Below, piece by piece: positions 40,146-49,609 of a stretch of DNA of 64,000 nucleotides (positions are counted from its first letter, which is position 1; each line of letters begins with the position of its first letter). The translations under genes and the position numbers were made by a program. This DNA comes from an uncultured Halobacteriales archaeon (GTDB taxonomy: Archaea; Halobacteriota; Halobacteria; Halobacteriales; Haloarculaceae). The stretch spans positions 7,945 to 71,944 of the forward strand of contig CAZGAX010000002.1 of assembly GCA_964523745.1 (NCBI GenBank), in the 5' to 3' direction. The notes under the pieces are model-generated. The model saw only the letters and a program-made list of their open reading frames with translations. It made no database searches and was not told where the DNA came from.

Positions 40146-40903
40146 TGGCGCTACTGGAAACGCAGGAACTCACGAAGAACTTCGGCGGCCTCACGGCCAC
40201 CGACAACGTCAGCATCGAGATCGAACAGGGCGAACGCGTCTCGATCATCGGCCCGAACGGCGCCGGCAAGTCGACGCTGGTGAACCTGATCACGAGGATG
40301 CTCGAACCGTCACACGGCGACATCCTGTTCAAGGGCGAGTCGATACTCCGGAACGAAGCCCACGAGGTGGTCCAGAAGGGCATAAGCAAGTCCTTCCAGA
40401 CGGCCTCGATCTTTCCGGAGCTATCGGTCCTGGAGAACGCCGAGATCGCGGCGCTGGCCGCGGAACGAGGGCCGTTCAACTTCGACCTGCTCCACCACCG
40501 TGACAGTCTCCGGAACGTCCACGACCTCGCCCGGCGCACCCTGGAGGGCGTCGGCCTGGAGAACCAGGCCGAAATGCCGGCGGAAGACCTGCCGTACGGC
40601 GACAAGCGGCGCCTGGAACTCGGCGTCGCCCTCGCCTCGGAGCCGGACCTGCTGTTGATGGACGAGCCGACGGCCGGGATGTCTCCCGAGGAGACCAACG
40701 AGACGGTCGATCTCATCGAGGACGTAAAAGAACAGTTCGACCTGACGTTCGTGCTCATCGAGCACGACATGGAGATCATCTTCGGGATCTCGGACCGCAT
40801 CATCGTCCTCAACCGGGGCGAGGTCATCGCCCGGGGTACCCCCGAGGAAGTAAAGGGTGACCCGCTCGTCCAGGACGCCTACCTCGGAGGTGTCGAACTG
40901 TGA
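40142..40903 (+). CDS. livG: ABC transporter ATP-binding protein (LivG type)
   Basis: Walker A GPNGAGKST, signature-region YGDKRRLELG, Walker B LLLMDEPTAG. Confidence 0.9.
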   Translation: MMALLETQELTKNFGGLTATDNVSIEIEQGERVSIIGPNGAGKSTLVNLITRMLEPSHGDILFKGESILRNEAHEVVQKGISKSFQTASIFPELSVLENAEIAALAAERGPFNFDLLHHRDSLRNVHDLARRTLEGVGLENQAEMPAEDLPYGDKRRLELGVALASEPDLLLMDEPTAGMSPEETNETVDLIEDVKEQFDLTFVLIEHDMEIIFGISDRIIVLNRGEVIARGTPEEVKGDPLVQDAYLGGVEL

Positions 40904-41643
40904 GCCTGCTCGAACTGTCGGCAGTCGACTCCTACTACGGCGAGAGTCACATCCTGCGTGACCTCTCGCTTACCGTCGACGAGGGCGAAATCTGCGCCCT
41001 GCTCGGTCGTAACGGGGCTGGCAAGACGACGACGCTCCGGAGCATCGCCGGTGCGGAACCGCCGGAGGTGCGCGACGGGACCATCTACTTCGACGGCGAG
41101 GACATCACCGACGTCGCGGCCGACGACGTCGCGATCCGCGGTATCTCGCTCGTCCCGGAAGAGCGGCGCGTCTTCACCGATCTGACCGTCGAGGAGAACA
41201 TCCACCTCCCCGAAGTCGCCTCAAACCGGTCCAACACGATCGGCCGGTCGGTCGCCGAAACCGACGGCGGCATGACGGCCGAAGAGATATACGAGGACTT
41301 CCCGCGCCTCGACGAGCGGCGCACGCAGAAGGCCGGCACGCTCTCTGGCGGCGAACAGCAGATGCTGGCCATCGCCAGGGCGCTCCGGCAGGACACCCAG
41401 TTGCTGATGCTGGACGAACCCTACGAGGGCCTCGCCCCGCAGATCGTCGCCGACGTCGAGGACGCCGTCGAGCGGATCAACGAGCGGGGAACGACCATCC
41501 TGCTCGTCGAGCAGAACGCGGCGGCGGCGATCAACATCTCGGACACCGCCTACGTCATCGACCAGGGCGAGATCGTCTTCGACGGCACGGCCGAAGATCT
41601 GCGCGAGGACGACCAGACCCGCCAGCAGTACCTGGGGGTGTGA
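40900..41643 (+). CDS. livF: ABC transporter ATP-binding protein (LivF type)
   Basis: GTG start overlapping the livG stop. Walker A GRNGAGKTT, LSGGEQQML, Walker B LLMLDEPYEG. Confidence 0.9.
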   Translation: MSLLELSAVDSYYGESHILRDLSLTVDEGEICALLGRNGAGKTTTLRSIAGAEPPEVRDGTIYFDGEDITDVAADDVAIRGISLVPEERRVFTDLTVEENIHLPEVASNRSNTIGRSVAETDGGMTAEEIYEDFPRLDERRTQKAGTLSGGEQQMLAIARALRQDTQLLMLDEPYEGLAPQIVADVEDAVERINERGTTILLVEQNAAAAINISDTAYVIDQGEIVFDGTAEDLREDDQTRQQYLGV

Positions 41644-42323
41644 CTGTGGCGACAGCCGACATCGACCCCGAGGCGGCCCTCGACGCGCTAATAGAGCGGG
41701 GTATCGTCGTCGAGGCGTCTGACGGCACGCTGTCGACGACCGACGACTTCGAGCGGACCCGGGCGGTCTACTACGACACCTACGTCGCGATCGGCGACGA
41801 CGACCTCGTGGCGACCGTCGCCGAGGTCTTCGACGTCGACGAGGAGACGGCCGCCCGCCGCATCGAGGACGAGGACCTCACCCGCGAGGGGATCATCACC
41901 TACCTCTCGTTGCAGTCCGAACTCGACCCCAGACCTGACGACCTGACGCTGGCGGTGATGGCGGAACTCGTCACGCAACTGGGGCCCACGTCGCCGGTGC
42001 CGGAGTCGCTCCAGGAGGTCGACGACGACAGCCACGAGGCGTTCCTGTCGGCGAACCCGGACGCGGTGGTCACGGTCTGGAAGCGGTACTGTGACCCATG
42101 CGACGAGATGAAAGCCGACCTGGACGGGATCTGCGACCGGCTCCCGGACGGCGTCGCGGTGGCAGGCCTGGAGGGCGAAGTGTGTCACGAGTTCGTCAAC
42201 CGGTACGACGTCTCGGCGGCGCCGGCGCTGGTCTGCTTCCGGGACGGCGAGCACGTCCGGACCGAGACCGGCCGCCAGACGCCAGCGGACGTCGGCGCCA
42301 TCGTCGACGAGGTGTACGCGTAG
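41640..42323 (+). CDS. Two-domain protein with C-terminal thioredoxin-like fold (CDPC active-site motif)
   Basis: GTG start overlapping the livF stop. The C-terminus VVTVWKRYCDPCDEMK ... APALVCFRDG has thioredoxin-like topology. Confidence 0.65.
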   Translation: MTVATADIDPEAALDALIERGIVVEASDGTLSTTDDFERTRAVYYDTYVAIGDDDLVATVAEVFDVDEETAARRIEDEDLTREGIITYLSLQSELDPRPDDLTLAVMAELVTQLGPTSPVPESLQEVDDDSHEAFLSANPDAVVTVWKRYCDPCDEMKADLDGICDRLPDGVAVAGLEGEVCHEFVNRYDVSAAPALVCFRDGEHVRTETGRQTPADVGAIVDEVYA

Positions 42324-42406
42324 CGACTCCGTCGGTTAGCGACACAGAGCGGCGCGAGACGCGGCCACCGCGATGGACGGGTCGGCACACGCCACGGCTG
42401 CGGTCC

Positions 42407-43927
42407 CTAGTTCTCGATTGCGCGGTCGTACCACGACGGCCGGTCGACGGACGTTTCGCCGACGGCGGTGTACTCGACCGACCGCTGGACCGCCACCGGA
42501 CCGTTCTCGACGTCGCCGTCGAACGTCACGTCGAACGAACGGACTATCCCACGCTCGTCGATACTCGCCGTGAGGTCGACGTTGCGGGCGTTTTGCACGT
42601 CGAGTACCCCGTCGAGTCTCGCCTTCGAGCGACGCGGCGTCCGTCCGGCGTTCGCCAGTCGATAGACGTGGTCGCCACCGACGGTCGCCCTCCCCACGAG
42701 CGTCGTCGGAATGGCGTCGAACACCGTCCCGAAGTACTGCTCCGGCGTGCCGTCCTGGCCGCCGAACGGGACCGTCGTGACCCAGTAGCGCCAGGAGGCG
42801 GTGAAACCGTCCGGGGGCTCGAACGAGTTGTAGGTGGCGTTGCCATCCCCGGGAGAGAATCGCCTGAGGTAGACGTCGCCGTCTGACCAGTAGGCGGCCG
42901 AGGCCGGCGGTTCGCCGAGCAAGACCGGTGCCTCCGGCCCCGACGTCGCGACGCTCACCAGGTACGTCCGGTCGGCGGCGAGCTGAACGCGGACTGACAG
43001 CGACGAGCGGAGCTGTCGGTCGGCGCCGTGGACCGTTCGCGTCGCTGCCAGTTCGTAGCTGGTGTCGACGAGCCCCCTGGCGTGGGCTGCCGCCAGGGCT
43101 TCGGCGTCGTCGACGCCGGCGGCGGACACGCCGGGTGCGTAGACGGGCCGTTCAGCCGGCGTTCCCGTCTCGGTCGGCTCCGGACTTCCGCCCTCGGCGC
43201 TGGCCCCACCAGCGGGCGAGTCGCCGCTCGTCACGTACCGGATTCCCCGGTCTACGCCGACCCCGACGAGCACGCCACCGGCCGCTGCGGCGAGCAGGGC
43301 TCTGCGACTCGGGCCGGCCGTCGGCCCGGTCGCGCCATCGTCCTCCGCTCCACCTGATCCCACGGCGCCCCCGTCCCCGCCAGCCGCTCCGTCGCCCGAA
43401 GGCGCGTCGGCCGGCGAATCCAGCCACGGCGGCGCTTGCGGCGTCGGTGCCGTCGAATCGACGGCGGGTGATGCCGCCGGCGTACTGACTGCGCGGTCGT
43501 CGTCCGCTGGATCGGTCGCGTCCGGCTCCGTGGCGGCGTCGTCCGTCGGCCTGTCGGCTGCCGGGGTCGGCTCGTAGTCGAAGTGGTCAGAAAGCAGGCG
43601 GTCGGCGACAGCCGGTTCGACGGCGTAGCGCAGCAGCCGGTAGAGGTCGGCGGCGTCGACGACCCTGGCACCCGCCGGGACGGCGTCCGCCGGCAGGTCT
43701 CCGGCCGTCACGACGACGTCCGCGTCGGGCGCAACCGCCGGGTCCGTCCCGGCGGCAACCCGGTACAGGGTCTCGTCGTCCTGGCCCCGAGCCGAGACGT
43801 AGATTCCGTCGTGGGACCGGCGGGTCTCGAACCCCCGGGCTGCCCAGAGGTCGGCAACGAAGGCAGCGAACTCCTCTGGGTCGGCCCCGGAGACGAGTCG
43901 CTCTAGCGTCGCCGCCGAGAGTCCCAT
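42407..43927 (-). CDS. Single-pass membrane protein: Mrr-like N-terminal domain, acidic linker, TM, ~260-aa extracytoplasmic domain
   Basis: 506 aa. The N-terminus EEFAAFVADLWAARGFETRR...GIYVSA resembles the restriction-endonuclease (Mrr_cat) N-terminal pattern. The TM is RRALLAAAAGGVLVGVGV. I cannot assign the C-terminal domain. Confidence 0.6.
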   Translation of the reverse strand: MGLSAATLERLVSGADPEEFAAFVADLWAARGFETRRSHDGIYVSARGQDDETLYRVAAGTDPAVAPDADVVVTAGDLPADAVPAGARVVDAADLYRLLRYAVEPAVADRLLSDHFDYEPTPAADRPTDDAATEPDATDPADDDRAVSTPAASPAVDSTAPTPQAPPWLDSPADAPSGDGAAGGDGGAVGSGGAEDDGATGPTAGPSRRALLAAAAGGVLVGVGVDRGIRYVTSGDSPAGGASAEGGSPEPTETGTPAERPVYAPGVSAAGVDDAEALAAAHARGLVDTSYELAATRTVHGADRQLRSSLSVRVQLAADRTYLVSVATSGPEAPVLLGEPPASAAYWSDGDVYLRRFSPGDGNATYNSFEPPDGFTASWRYWVTTVPFGGQDGTPEQYFGTVFDAIPTTLVGRATVGGDHVYRLANAGRTPRRSKARLDGVLDVQNARNVDLTASIDERGIVRSFDVTFDGDVENGPVAVQRSVEYTAVGETSVDRPSWYDRAIEN

Positions 43928-44136
43928 AGGGACTGATGGGCGAGCAACAAGTCAAAGGTTCCCCCGCAAGCGACTCCACGTCAGGGCTGTCACACCCGGT
44001 CGTTGCCGGCCGACCGGCGTTTGACGGTTGCTGGCGGTCCCCGACGCAGGTCGATGACCGGTCCGGCTCGACGGGCTAGATTACTGGGCTATTTGCCCCA
44101 TTCATCCGGAGACGGCCCGCAGTTTTCCCACGGGAC

Positions 44137-45651
44137 ATGCTGCCCAGCGAACGTGCGACACGGCGACGATTGCGGCGCGAGTTCCCCGACCACCTCGCGG
44201 TGGTCGACCTCCCCCACGGCGTGGCCGCCGGGGACGTCACCCCCGAGACGGCCGTCGTCTGGACGCGGACGGCCGAACCGGCGGTGGTCCACGTCGAGTA
44301 CGCCACCGACCCCGACTTCGCCCGGTCCGACCGGGCGATCCCGCGACCCACCGACGAGGGTCGCGAGGCCGACCGGACGGTCAGCGTCCGGCTTCGGGGT
44401 CTCCGGCCGGGGACGCGCTACTACTACCGGGTCTGGGCGCTGTCGGGTGCTGGCGCCGCCGAGCTGTTCGACGCGCCGGAGTGTGCGACGACCGGCCGGT
44501 TTCACACGGCGCCGTCGCACGACGACGACGCGGCCGTCTCGTTCGTCTGGACCGGCGACACATACGGCCAGCGCCGCGAACCGCCCTACCAGGTCCCCCG
44601 GCAGATGGCTGGCTTCGACCCGGACTGCTTCCTGTACCTCGGCGACACCATCTACGCCGACTCGCCGACGCCGGCGGTCCCCGACGGCGAGCCCGAGTCC
44701 GTCGACGACTACCGCGCCAAGTACCGGGAGGTCCGCGAGGAGGCCACGAACCTCCGGGAGTTCCTCGCCCGGACGGCCGTCGTTCCCATCTGGGACGACC
44801 ACGAGGTGGCAAACGACTGGGCCGGAACGGTAGAAACGCGCCTGCCAGCCGGCCGGCAGGCCTTCTTCGAGTACTGGCCGGTCGACACACACGAGTCGGT
44901 GACGGGCGCCGACGAGCACCGGCTCTACCGGTCGTTCCGGTGGGGCGAGCGCGTCGAACTGTTCGTCCTCGACACCCGGCAGTACCGCGACGACAACGGA
45001 TTGCCGGACGGCCCCGAGAAGACGATGCTCGGCGCCGAACAGCGCGAGTGGCTGAAAGACGGGCTCGAAACGTCCGATGCGACGTTCGCCCTCGTGGCCA
45101 GCAGCACCTCGCTGTCCAGTCCGTCGAGCGACCCCGACGAGCGGGACTCCTGGGCCAGCGGGGATAGCGAGACGGGCTTCGAGTCCGAGCTCCTGGAGAT
45201 CACCGGCCACGTCAGGGAAGCGGTCGACAGCACGGTGGTCTGGCTCACGGGCGACCGGCACTTCGCCCGGCTCGCCTCGTTCGACCTCGACCGCGACGGC
45301 CAGCCGGAGATGTACGAGGCCATGGCGTCGCCGATGGGGGCCTGGCCCCGCGAGCCCGGCGACCCGGACGCGACGCTCGCCCCCACCGTCCACTTCGAGA
45401 AGGGCGGCAAGTACGAGTACGGCGAGTTCTACAACTTCGGTCACGTCGAGGCAGACGACGACGCGCTCCGGGTCAGCATCTACGACAAGGTCGGGGAGCG
45501 TCAATGTACGGTGGAAATCGACGCCGACGGCGGGTGGCCGACCGTCGACCAGCCGGACGGGGACGGGCACGAGAACGGGGACGATGACGCCCCGACCCTC
45601 GCCGAAACGCTCCGGCGGCGATTCGGCGCAACGGTCGGGCGGTGGCTGTAG
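44137..45651 (+). CDS. phoD: Alkaline phosphatase D (PhoD) family metallophosphatase
   Basis: 504 aa. The PhoD N-domain is GVAAGDVTPETAVVWTR ... GTRYYYR. The metallophosphatase core is FLYLGDTIYAD, WDDHEV. Confidence 0.85.
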   Translation: MLPSERATRRRLRREFPDHLAVVDLPHGVAAGDVTPETAVVWTRTAEPAVVHVEYATDPDFARSDRAIPRPTDEGREADRTVSVRLRGLRPGTRYYYRVWALSGAGAAELFDAPECATTGRFHTAPSHDDDAAVSFVWTGDTYGQRREPPYQVPRQMAGFDPDCFLYLGDTIYADSPTPAVPDGEPESVDDYRAKYREVREEATNLREFLARTAVVPIWDDHEVANDWAGTVETRLPAGRQAFFEYWPVDTHESVTGADEHRLYRSFRWGERVELFVLDTRQYRDDNGLPDGPEKTMLGAEQREWLKDGLETSDATFALVASSTSLSSPSSDPDERDSWASGDSETGFESELLEITGHVREAVDSTVVWLTGDRHFARLASFDLDRDGQPEMYEAMASPMGAWPREPGDPDATLAPTVHFEKGGKYEYGEFYNFGHVEADDDALRVSIYDKVGERQCTVEIDADGGWPTVDQPDGDGHENGDDDAPTLAETLRRRFGATVGRWL

Positions 45652-45657
45652 CGGACG

Positions 45658-46677
45658 ATGGCGCTCGAACTCCTAGCCGTCGCCGGGTTGGCGATCGCCG
45701 TCTTCGTCGGCGTGACCGTCGGCGGCTCGTCTACCGGGGTCGCGTTCGGGCCGGCCGTCGGCAGCGACGTCATCACGATGCGCCAGGCGTCGGCGCTGAT
45801 GGCGGGGTTCGTCCTCCTGGGCGGCGTCACCGTCGGGACGCGCGTCGTCGAGACGCTGGGGAAGAAGATCGTGCCGCCGACGGCCTTCACGATGGAGGTC
45901 GCGGTCGGCATCTTGCTGTTCACGGGGCTGAGCATCCTCGTGGGCAACCTCCTGAAGGTCTCCGTCAGCACGAGCGAGACGGCCGTCGGGGCGGTCGTCG
46001 GCACGGCCACGGCGCTGGGCGTCGTCGACTGGGGCGTCGTCGGCCACCTCGTCATCTGGTGGTTCGTCTCGGTCGTCGTCGCGTTCTGGGCGGCGGCGGT
46101 CGTCGGCCGGTACGCCTTCGAACCGCTGCGGGACCGCCTGGACCTCGACTCGGGAGGTCGAAAAGTTTTCTCGCGGCTCCTCGCCGTCGGCCTGGGCTGT
46201 TACATGGCGTTTACGGCCGGGGCGTCGAACACGGCGAGCGCCGTCGCGCCGCTGGTCGGCGCCGGCCGCCTGGGGATGGTGCCCGCCGTCCTTATCGGCG
46301 GGGTCGCCATCGGCCTCGGGAGTTTCCTGCTGGGTCACCGGACGATGGAGACCATCGGCGAGGGCATCACGTCGCTGCCCATCGAGGCCACCCTCGTCGT
46401 CGAGGCGATGGCGGCGACCATCGTCACCCTGCTGAGCCTCGCGGGCATTCCAGCCAGCATCGCCATCACGACGACGACCTGCGTGATCGGCCTGGGCTGG
46501 GGCCGGGCGAGTCGGCGCGAGTCGATCGAGTCGGGGGACGGCGGTAAATCAGCCCGGCGTCGGATCGCCGCGCTCTACGACCGCCGGACCGTCGGTCGCA
46601 TCGTCGCGACGTGGGTCGCCACGCCGACGTTGGCCGGTGGGCTGGCGTTCGTGGCGTTTCGGCTGGCACTTGGCTAG
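45658..46677 (+). CDS. PiT (PHO4) family transporter homolog with altered signature motifs
   Basis: 339 aa and multi-TM. The two PiT signature regions are recognizable (GGSSTGVAFGPAVGS and GASNTASAVAPLVGA). They lack the usual Asp of the GANDVAN-type motif. Confidence 0.75.
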   Translation: MALELLAVAGLAIAVFVGVTVGGSSTGVAFGPAVGSDVITMRQASALMAGFVLLGGVTVGTRVVETLGKKIVPPTAFTMEVAVGILLFTGLSILVGNLLKVSVSTSETAVGAVVGTATALGVVDWGVVGHLVIWWFVSVVVAFWAAAVVGRYAFEPLRDRLDLDSGGRKVFSRLLAVGLGCYMAFTAGASNTASAVAPLVGAGRLGMVPAVLIGGVAIGLGSFLLGHRTMETIGEGITSLPIEATLVVEAMAATIVTLLSLAGIPASIAITTTTCVIGLGWGRASRRESIESGDGGKSARRRIAALYDRRTVGRIVATWVATPTLAGGLAFVAFRLALG

Positions 46678-46759
46678 TGCGATTTCGGTCGGTCGAGCGA
46701 TGAAGATGGGTTCCTCCGCACATCTTATAGCCAGGAGGGGAACAAGCTCTGAAAAGTGA

Positions 46760-47134
46760 ATGCCCGAGAAACCACGGAACTACGACCGCGAGTTCACAAC
46801 GCCACTCGGGTACCGAGCACGGCGACGAATCGGCTACTGCCACGACCACGGCGACGTAACCCGGTTCGTAGTGCAGGTGGAACACCGCCTCGACGGGGAG
46901 TGGGCCGAAGTCGTTCGTTTCGACCACGATCCCCACGGCGAACAGGGCCACGACGTGACCGTCGACGCCGTCCACACGGACGTCTATCGAGATGGCGAGA
47001 AGCTACGGTCGCCGGAGATCTTCCCGCCGATGCCCGCAAACAGTGCCCTCGCGAGTGTCGAAGTACACATTACCCAGCACGGCAAGCGATACGTCAAGAG
47101 GTTTGAGGAATGGCACCAGATCAGGAACCGATGA
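46760..47134 (+). CDS. Hypothetical basic/His-rich 124-aa protein
   Basis: Clean ORF. ATGA overlap with a following 45-aa acidic ORF. No family recognized. Confidence 0.5.
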   Translation: MPEKPRNYDREFTTPLGYRARRRIGYCHDHGDVTRFVVQVEHRLDGEWAEVVRFDHDPHGEQGHDVTVDAVHTDVYRDGEKLRSPEIFPPMPANSALASVEVHITQHGKRYVKRFEEWHQIRNR

Positions 47135-47268
47135 CCGACGACGAACTCGAGGAGTTCGAGGACGCAATGGAAGAGCAGGGTGAAGAACTCCGAGAAGCGC
47201 TCGCTGAGGACCTGGGCGGCGACCCTGACGACTACCGAAAGCGTCCCGTCGCCGACGGCGAGGAGTAA
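47131..47268 (+). CDS. Hypothetical 45-aa very acidic protein
   Basis: Manual translation MTDDELEEFEDAMEEQGEELREALAEDLGGDPDDYRKRPVADGEE. The start overlaps the stop of the previous ORF. Confidence 0.45.
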   Translation: MTDDELEEFEDAMEEQGEELREALAEDLGGDPDDYRKRPVADGEE

Positions 47269-47423
47269 CCGACTCTTCTCTCGATCAGCGATCTTCAGCA
47301 GATTCGTCTCTCGTCGTAAGCGTCCAGGAAACGGGATCGCCTCGGGTCCCATGTTCCGTGTTTGAGCGAAACGCTCGCCAGCCAACTTCGGCGACCCTGC
47401 AATAGAATGCGGGAGAGGAGATT

Positions 47424-49058
47424 TCAGACCGGCCGCCGGTGAATCTCGGTACTACCCGCCGGAACCCGAAACCGCGCAATCGGCCGGCGCTCGACGTCCG
47501 GCGCGTCCCGGGTCTTGTCCACGCTGTAGGCCGTGAACGTACAGGCCTCCGGGGTAAACTCCACCACCGAGTAGCCCCAGTGGTGGCTGTCGAAGCACTC
47601 GTAGTGGGGGTTCATCAGCGTCGCCAGGCCGTTGAACAGCGGTCTCGTGAGCCGCTTGCGAAGACCCCCCTCGACGCCGACCGCCTCGGCGATGTTGACG
47701 CTCGTCACCGAGGGCGTCATGAACTCCACGCCGACGGGCGAGCCGTCCGGGAGGTTCTGGTTCCCGGCGATGGTCGTGTGCATGTCGCCGGTCAGCGTAA
47801 CGGCGTTGTCGGTGCTGTCCAGCGCCTCGTAGACCAGCGTTCGCTCGTAGGGGTAGCCGTCCCAGGAGTCGGGGTTCGGGTGGACGGCCAGCGGACCGAG
47901 GCCGACGCGGAACGGCATCGAGAGCACCTCGTTGGCCCAGACCGTCCAGCGGCCGTCCGACGAGCGGACCGTCTCGCGGAACCACTCGCGCTGCTCGGCG
48001 CCGAGCATCGTCCGCTCGGGGTCGTCCCGGTCGTGGACGGGGACCCAGCCCGGGAATTTGCTGTCGACGCCGGGCGGCGGGCTGCGGAACAGTCGCTCGT
48101 CGGTGAGGACGAGGTCCGCCAGGTCGCCGAAGGGGACGTGACGCCAGAGCTCGAGGGCGTCGTGGAGGTGGTCGGCGTCGGGGTCGTAGTCGATGCGGGC
48201 CGGGGTGTACTCCCACCAGGAGCGGATGCCATCTGCGGTCAACCGCCGCATGAACTCCGGGTCGTCGCCGCGGGGGTGGTCCGGCGCGGCCGGCGCGTCG
48301 GCCTCGTAGTCCCAGTAGCGGTTGTTCGTCACGGCGTGGTCGTCCCAGGCACGGATGACGGTGTGGCGCTCGTGGGCCGCCTGGAGGAAGCCGTCGGTCC
48401 GGTAGGTCCGGTAGATGTGCCGGAAGTCCGCCAGCGTCGTGGCGACGTCGTTCCCGCTGGGCAGCGAGAGATTTCTGCCCTGGTAGGTATTCGACCCCGG
48501 CTGGCGGTACCGCTGGTCCGACGACTCGTAGACGTAGTCGCCGAGGTGGAGGACGAAGTCGACGTCCGCGTCGGCGACGTGGCGGTAGGCGCCGAAGTAG
48601 CCGTTCTGGTAGTGCTGGCAGCTGACGACGGCGAGTGTGACGCTGTCGGGCAACGAGTCGGGGGCCGGAAGCGTTCGACAGCGGCCTAGCTGGCTGGCGA
48701 CGCCGCCGTAGCCGAACTGGTAGTAGTACCGGCGGTCGGGTTCCAGTTCGCCGTCGAGGTCAACCCGGACCGTGTAGTCGTGGCGCGGGCCGACTTCGGT
48801 GGCGGGGATCCGGACCCGGGAGACCACCGACTCGAAGCCGAGGTCGGCGGCAACGACGAGCGAGAGCGGCGTCCCGGGGTCGTAGGCCGAGGGAGCGACC
48901 CGCGTCCAGCAGATGACGCCGGTCGGCGTCGGACCGCCGCTGGCGACCGACTGGGGGAAGACGCGTTCGGTGTCGGCACTCTCGGTGGCGTCGGACAGGT
49001 CCGCCGACGGGGCGTCGGCGGCGCGTACCGGCGACCGGAGACCCATGTCGGGGATCAC
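47424..49058 (-). CDS. phoD: Alkaline phosphatase D (PhoD) family metallophosphatase, second copy
   Basis: 544 aa with VASGGPTPTGVICWTR, RYYYQF, VLHLGDYVYES and WDDHAV. Confidence 0.85.
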   Translation of the reverse strand: MIPDMGLRSPVRAADAPSADLSDATESADTERVFPQSVASGGPTPTGVICWTRVAPSAYDPGTPLSLVVAADLGFESVVSRVRIPATEVGPRHDYTVRVDLDGELEPDRRYYYQFGYGGVASQLGRCRTLPAPDSLPDSVTLAVVSCQHYQNGYFGAYRHVADADVDFVLHLGDYVYESSDQRYRQPGSNTYQGRNLSLPSGNDVATTLADFRHIYRTYRTDGFLQAAHERHTVIRAWDDHAVTNNRYWDYEADAPAAPDHPRGDDPEFMRRLTADGIRSWWEYTPARIDYDPDADHLHDALELWRHVPFGDLADLVLTDERLFRSPPPGVDSKFPGWVPVHDRDDPERTMLGAEQREWFRETVRSSDGRWTVWANEVLSMPFRVGLGPLAVHPNPDSWDGYPYERTLVYEALDSTDNAVTLTGDMHTTIAGNQNLPDGSPVGVEFMTPSVTSVNIAEAVGVEGGLRKRLTRPLFNGLATLMNPHYECFDSHHWGYSVVEFTPEACTFTAYSVDKTRDAPDVERRPIARFRVPAGSTEIHRRPV

Positions 49059-49168
49059 GGGACCGACCTCCAGGGGCGGAGGGTGGTGGTATCGTCGGAG
49101 GCGGGCATCAGTTCGTCGTCGGCCTTCCCGGGGGATGAACCCCGAACTCCGCCCAGAAATCTACCAGG

Positions 49169-49342
49169 TCAGTCGCTGCCTTTCTTGCCGCTCGTCAGCA
49201 TCCAGGTCACCCCGAGGGCGACCGTGCCGACGATAGACACGAGCAGTAGTAGTTCCCACGAGATGGAGACGGAACCACTTCCGCCGCCGGGCGTGGCAGT
49301 CTGTGCGATGGCGAAACCGTCGAGGGTCGTGTGTGTGAGCAT
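49169..49342 (-). CDS. 57-aa single-pass membrane peptide, member 1 of a 3-copy family
   Basis: Manual translation MLTHTTLDGFAIAQTATPGGGSGSVSISWELLLLVSIVGTVALGVTWMLTSGKKGSD. It shares SWE and WMLTSG with the paralogs. Confidence 0.55.
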   Translation of the reverse strand: MLTHTTLDGFAIAQTATPGGGSGSVSISWELLLLVSIVGTVALGVTWMLTSGKKGSD

Positions 49343-49388
49343 CGCTACCCATCGGAAACGTGGCGACGCCCCAACAAATGAAGGTACG

Positions 49389-49410
49389 ACCCGGTAGAGA
49401 GCTACCAGGT
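49389..49410 (-). terminator. Hairpin plus T-rich tract immediately after the peptide-2 stop
   Basis: Minus strand reads ACCTGGTAG-CTCT-CTACCGGGT (9-bp stem including one G-U) followed by CGTACCTTCATTTGTT. Confidence 0.4.
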
Positions 49411-49562
49411 CAGTCCGGCGTCTGGCGCAGGAAGAAGTACCAGATCCCGCCGAGGACCAGGATCCCTGCGAGGACGACGATCGCGATTATTTCCCACGAA
49501 GGCAAACCTCCGCCGGAGCTCTGCAGGACGCTTCCCGTCTGGAGTGCTGCGAGTGCGGTCAT
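49410..49562 (-). CDS. 50-aa single-pass membrane peptide, member 2 of a 3-copy family
   Basis: Manual translation MTALAALQTGSVLQSSGGGLPSWEIIAIVVLAGILVLGGIWYFFLRQTPD. A 15-aa block is identical to the copy at 58671. Confidence 0.6.
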   Translation of the reverse strand: MTALAALQTGSVLQSSGGGLPSWEIIAIVVLAGILVLGGIWYFFLRQTPD

Positions 49563-49609
49563 TGCGACCACGTTCCCAACAACGTGACGGTGGGAAAAGT
49601 GGGGTGTAC

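Noticed and set aside
44089-45570. 493-aa minus-strand ORF antisense to phoD (likewise 61982..63424 antisense to the sulfatase gene, and 8069..9208 and 12108..13349 antisense to the acs genes)
   Set aside because: These are antisense shadow ORFs of genes with strong family motifs. Their composition is basic and Val/Arg/Gly-rich, unlike the acidic proteome.
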